A stretch of DNA of 32,000 bases from Methylorubrum extorquens (GTDB lineage Bacteria; Pseudomonadota; Alphaproteobacteria; Rhizobiales; Beijerinckiaceae). The notes beneath the pieces were generated by a model. It was not told the origin of the DNA. It made no database searches and saw only the letters and a program-made list of their open reading frames with translations. This document shows, piece after piece, positions 30,100 through 32,000 of this stretch. The stretch lies in the NCBI GenBank assembly GCA_900234795.1, contig LT962688.1, positions 4,770,001 to 4,802,000 on the forward strand, written 5' to 3'. The position numbers and the translations under genes are program-made. The first letter of the stretch is position 1, and each line of letters starts with the position of its first letter.

Positions 30100-30308
30100 T
30101 TCGACCGCCGACATCGGTTGTGCGCCGCACAGCCCAGTTCTATAGAGCATCGTCCCGAACGGCGGCTTCCGGCCCTCGGAAAAAGACGATGCGGAAACAG
30201 GAACCTAGCGCCTCGCTCTCGATGCGCTAGACGGGCCGCCGCCTGCGGCCGAGGGTCCACCGAGGCAGAAGGGAGCCGCTCGCTTGGGCGGCCGATGCTG
30301 AAAATCGC

Positions 30309-30929
30309 ATGACCGCAGCCGCCGCCTTCTTCTATCTCTTCGCAGGCTTCGCCGTGGCCTCGGGCTTCATGGTGATCGCAGCCAGGAACCCCGTCACCTC
30401 GGTGTTGTTCCTGATCCTCGCCTTCGTGAACGCCGCCGGGCTGTTCGTGCTCATGGGCGCCGAGTTCCTGGCGATGATCCTCGTCGTCGTCTATGTCGGC
30501 GCCGTCGCGGTGCTGTTCCTCTTCGTCGTGATGATGCTCGACGTGGACTTCGCAGCCCTGCGCCAGGGCTTCCAGCGCTACCTGCCGATCGGCGGGTTGA
30601 TCGGCGCGATCTTCCTGATCGAGCTGCTGCTGGTGGTCGGCACCTGGACCATCGATCCGGGCCTCGTGCAGGCGCCGCTCGGCCGCGCCGCCCACGGCGA
30701 GACTGCGACCAACACCGAGGCACTCGGGCGGGTGCTATACACGGACTACGTCTACGCCTTCCAGATCGCCGGCCTGATCCTGCTGGTCGCGATGATCGGC
30801 GCCATCGTGCTCACCCTGCGCGAGCGCACCGGCGTGAAGCGCCAGAACATCGCCGTACAGAACGCCCGCACGCAGGGCATGGCGGTCGATACCATCAAGG
30901 TGCCCTCGCGGCAGGGCGTGGAGGTCTGA
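30309..30929 (+). CDS. nuoJ: NADH-quinone oxidoreductase subunit J
   Basis: [76 protein letters not shown]. Confidence 0.95.
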   Translation: MTAAAAFFYLFAGFAVASGFMVIAARNPVTSVLFLILAFVNAAGLFVLMGAEFLAMILVVVYVGAVAVLFLFVVMMLDVDFAALRQGFQRYLPIGGLIGAIFLIELLLVVGTWTIDPGLVQAPLGRAAHGETATNTEALGRVLYTDYVYAFQIAGLILLVAMIGAIVLTLRERTGVKRQNIAVQNARTQGMAVDTIKVPSRQGVEV

Positions 30930-30934
30930 GGCCG

Positions 30935-31240
30935 ATGATCGGATTGAGCCACTACCTGACGGTTGCCGCGATCCTGTTCACGCTCGGCGTGCTCGGCATC
31001 TTCATCAACCGCAAGAACGTCATCGTCATCCTGATGTCGGTCGAGCTGATCCTGCTCGCCGTGAACATCAATCTCGTCGCCTTCTCGACCCACCTCAACG
31101 ACATCACCGGACAGGTCTTCGCCCTGTTCGTGCTGACGGTCGCCGCGGCCGAGGCCGCGATCGGGCTCGCGATCCTGGTGGTGTTCTTCCGCAACCGCGG
31201 CTCCATCGCCGTCGAGGACGTGAGCATGATGAAGGGCTGA
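30935..31240 (+). CDS. nuoK: NADH-quinone oxidoreductase subunit K
   Basis: [51 protein letters not shown]...[21 protein letters not shown]. Confidence 0.97.
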   Translation: MIGLSHYLTVAAILFTLGVLGIFINRKNVIVILMSVELILLAVNINLVAFSTHLNDITGQVFALFVLTVAAAEAAIGLAILVVFFRNRGSIAVEDVSMMKG

Positions 31241-31298
31241 CGCTCCCTCCAAGAGAGCCCCGACCCTTCGTCCGCCTGCTGCGAGGCACGACCGACCC

Positions 31299-32000
31299 AT
31301 GTATCACGCGATCGTCTTCTTCCCGCTCATCGGCGCTCTGATCGCCGGCCTGTTCGGCCGGTTCATCGGCGCGCGGATGAGCGAGCTCGTGACGACGGGC
31401 TGCCTCGCCTTCGCAGCTTTGCTGTCCTGGGGCGCCTTCTTCCTCGTCACCGGCGATGGCCGCGCCGAGACCGTGCCCGTCGCGCAGTGGTTCACCGCCG
31501 GCGATCTCGTGGTCGATTGGGCCTTCAAGGTCGACACGCTGACCGCGGTGATGCTGGTGGTCGTGACCTCGGTCTCGACCCTCGTGCACCTCTACTCCAT
31601 CGGCTACATGCACGAGGATCCGCACCGGCCGCGCTTCTTCGCCTACCTGTCGCTGTTCACCTTCGCCATGTTGATGCTGGTGACGGCCGACAACCTCGTG
31701 CAGATGTTCTTCGGCTGGGAGGGCGTCGGCCTCGCCTCCTACCTGCTGATCGGTTTCTGGTACGAGAAGCCCTCCGCGAACGCCGCGGCAATGAAGGCCT
31801 TCATCGTCAACCGCGTCGGCGATTTCGGCTTCTCGCTCGGCATCTTCCTCGTCTTCGTCCTGACGGGTTCGGTCGGTTTCGACGCGATCTTCGCCAAGGC
31901 TCCGGAGCTGAAGGACGCGACCTTCCACTTCCTCGGCCATGACTGGCACGCCCTGACGCTCGCCTGCCTGCTGCTGTTCATGGGCGCGATGGGCAAGTCG
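31299..32000 (+). CDS. nuoL: NADH-quinone oxidoreductase subunit L, 3'-truncated by the window edge
   Basis: This gene is not in the ORF track because it has no stop in the window. Translating by hand from ATG 31299 gives [24 protein letters not shown]...[60 protein letters not shown]..., which is canonical NuoL. The frame stays open to 32000. Confidence 0.93.
   Translation, partial: MYHAIVFFPLIGALIAGLFGRFIGARMSELVTTGCLAFAALLSWGAFFLVTGDGRAETVPVAQWFTAGDLVVDWAFKVDTLTAVMLVVVTSVSTLVHLYSIGYMHEDPHRPRFFAYLSLFTFAMLMLVTADNLVQMFFGWEGVGLASYLLIGFWYEKPSANAAAMKAFIVNRVGDFGFSLGIFLVFVLTGSVGFDAIFAKAPELKDATFHFLGHDWHALTLACLLLFMGAMGKS

Noticed and set aside
30118-30312. A 64-aa ORF filling the nuoI-nuoJ spacer, whose stop overlaps the nuoJ ATG.
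   Set aside because: Its codon usage is dominated by A/T-ending and rare codons (AGT, TCT, ATA, CGT, AGA, CGA, CTA). That is unlike every real gene here. There is no Shine-Dalgarno sequence and the product is Arg-rich. I treat it as non-coding.

Overview
This is a high-GC (about 70%) alphaproteobacterial chromosomal segment, Rhizobiales / Methylobacterium-like by protein content. It reads almost entirely as conserved housekeeping synteny.

Gene order, left to right:
- The 3' part of an IS3-family insertion sequence: the orfB DDE transposase C-terminus plus a terminal inverted repeat ending ...CAGATCA at 658.
- nrdJ (-), a class II B12-dependent ribonucleotide reductase. Its control region is readable: a DnaA-like box, two NrdR-like boxes 32 bp apart, -35/-10 hexamers and a leader hairpin.
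- An NDUFA12-like gene plus a DUF2155 gene (+).
- A divergent DUF4188 (-) / TetR (+) pair.
- aat, accC, accB and a frame-disrupted aroQ (-).
- A LysR regulator and trxB (-).
- An ELM1-family protein, a small exported protein, greA and carB (-).
- A 34% GC promoter island, then pseudoazurin (+).
- A CAP-domain lipoprotein (-) and tRNA-Asp(GTC) (-).
- The complex I operon nuoA through nuoL (+); nuoL runs off the window.

I found no rRNA, no CRISPR array, no defence-type or toxin-antitoxin-like cluster, and no convincing novel multi-gene system.

Observations worth a second look, all modest:
- A single extra base in a G/C run splits aroQ. The shifted frame then stays open into accC, which creates the misleading 814-aa ORF in the track.
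- Helically phased repeat arrays lie upstream of the NDUFA12-like gene and of pseudoazurin.
- A strong hairpin sits directly in front of greA.
- NuoE carries a roughly 225-aa C-terminal extension with a helix-hairpin-helix-like module.
- The nuo operon contains structured non-coding spacers, including a 209-bp nuoI-nuoJ gap.

Many very long ORFs in the track are antisense artefacts of high GC content and are rejected.
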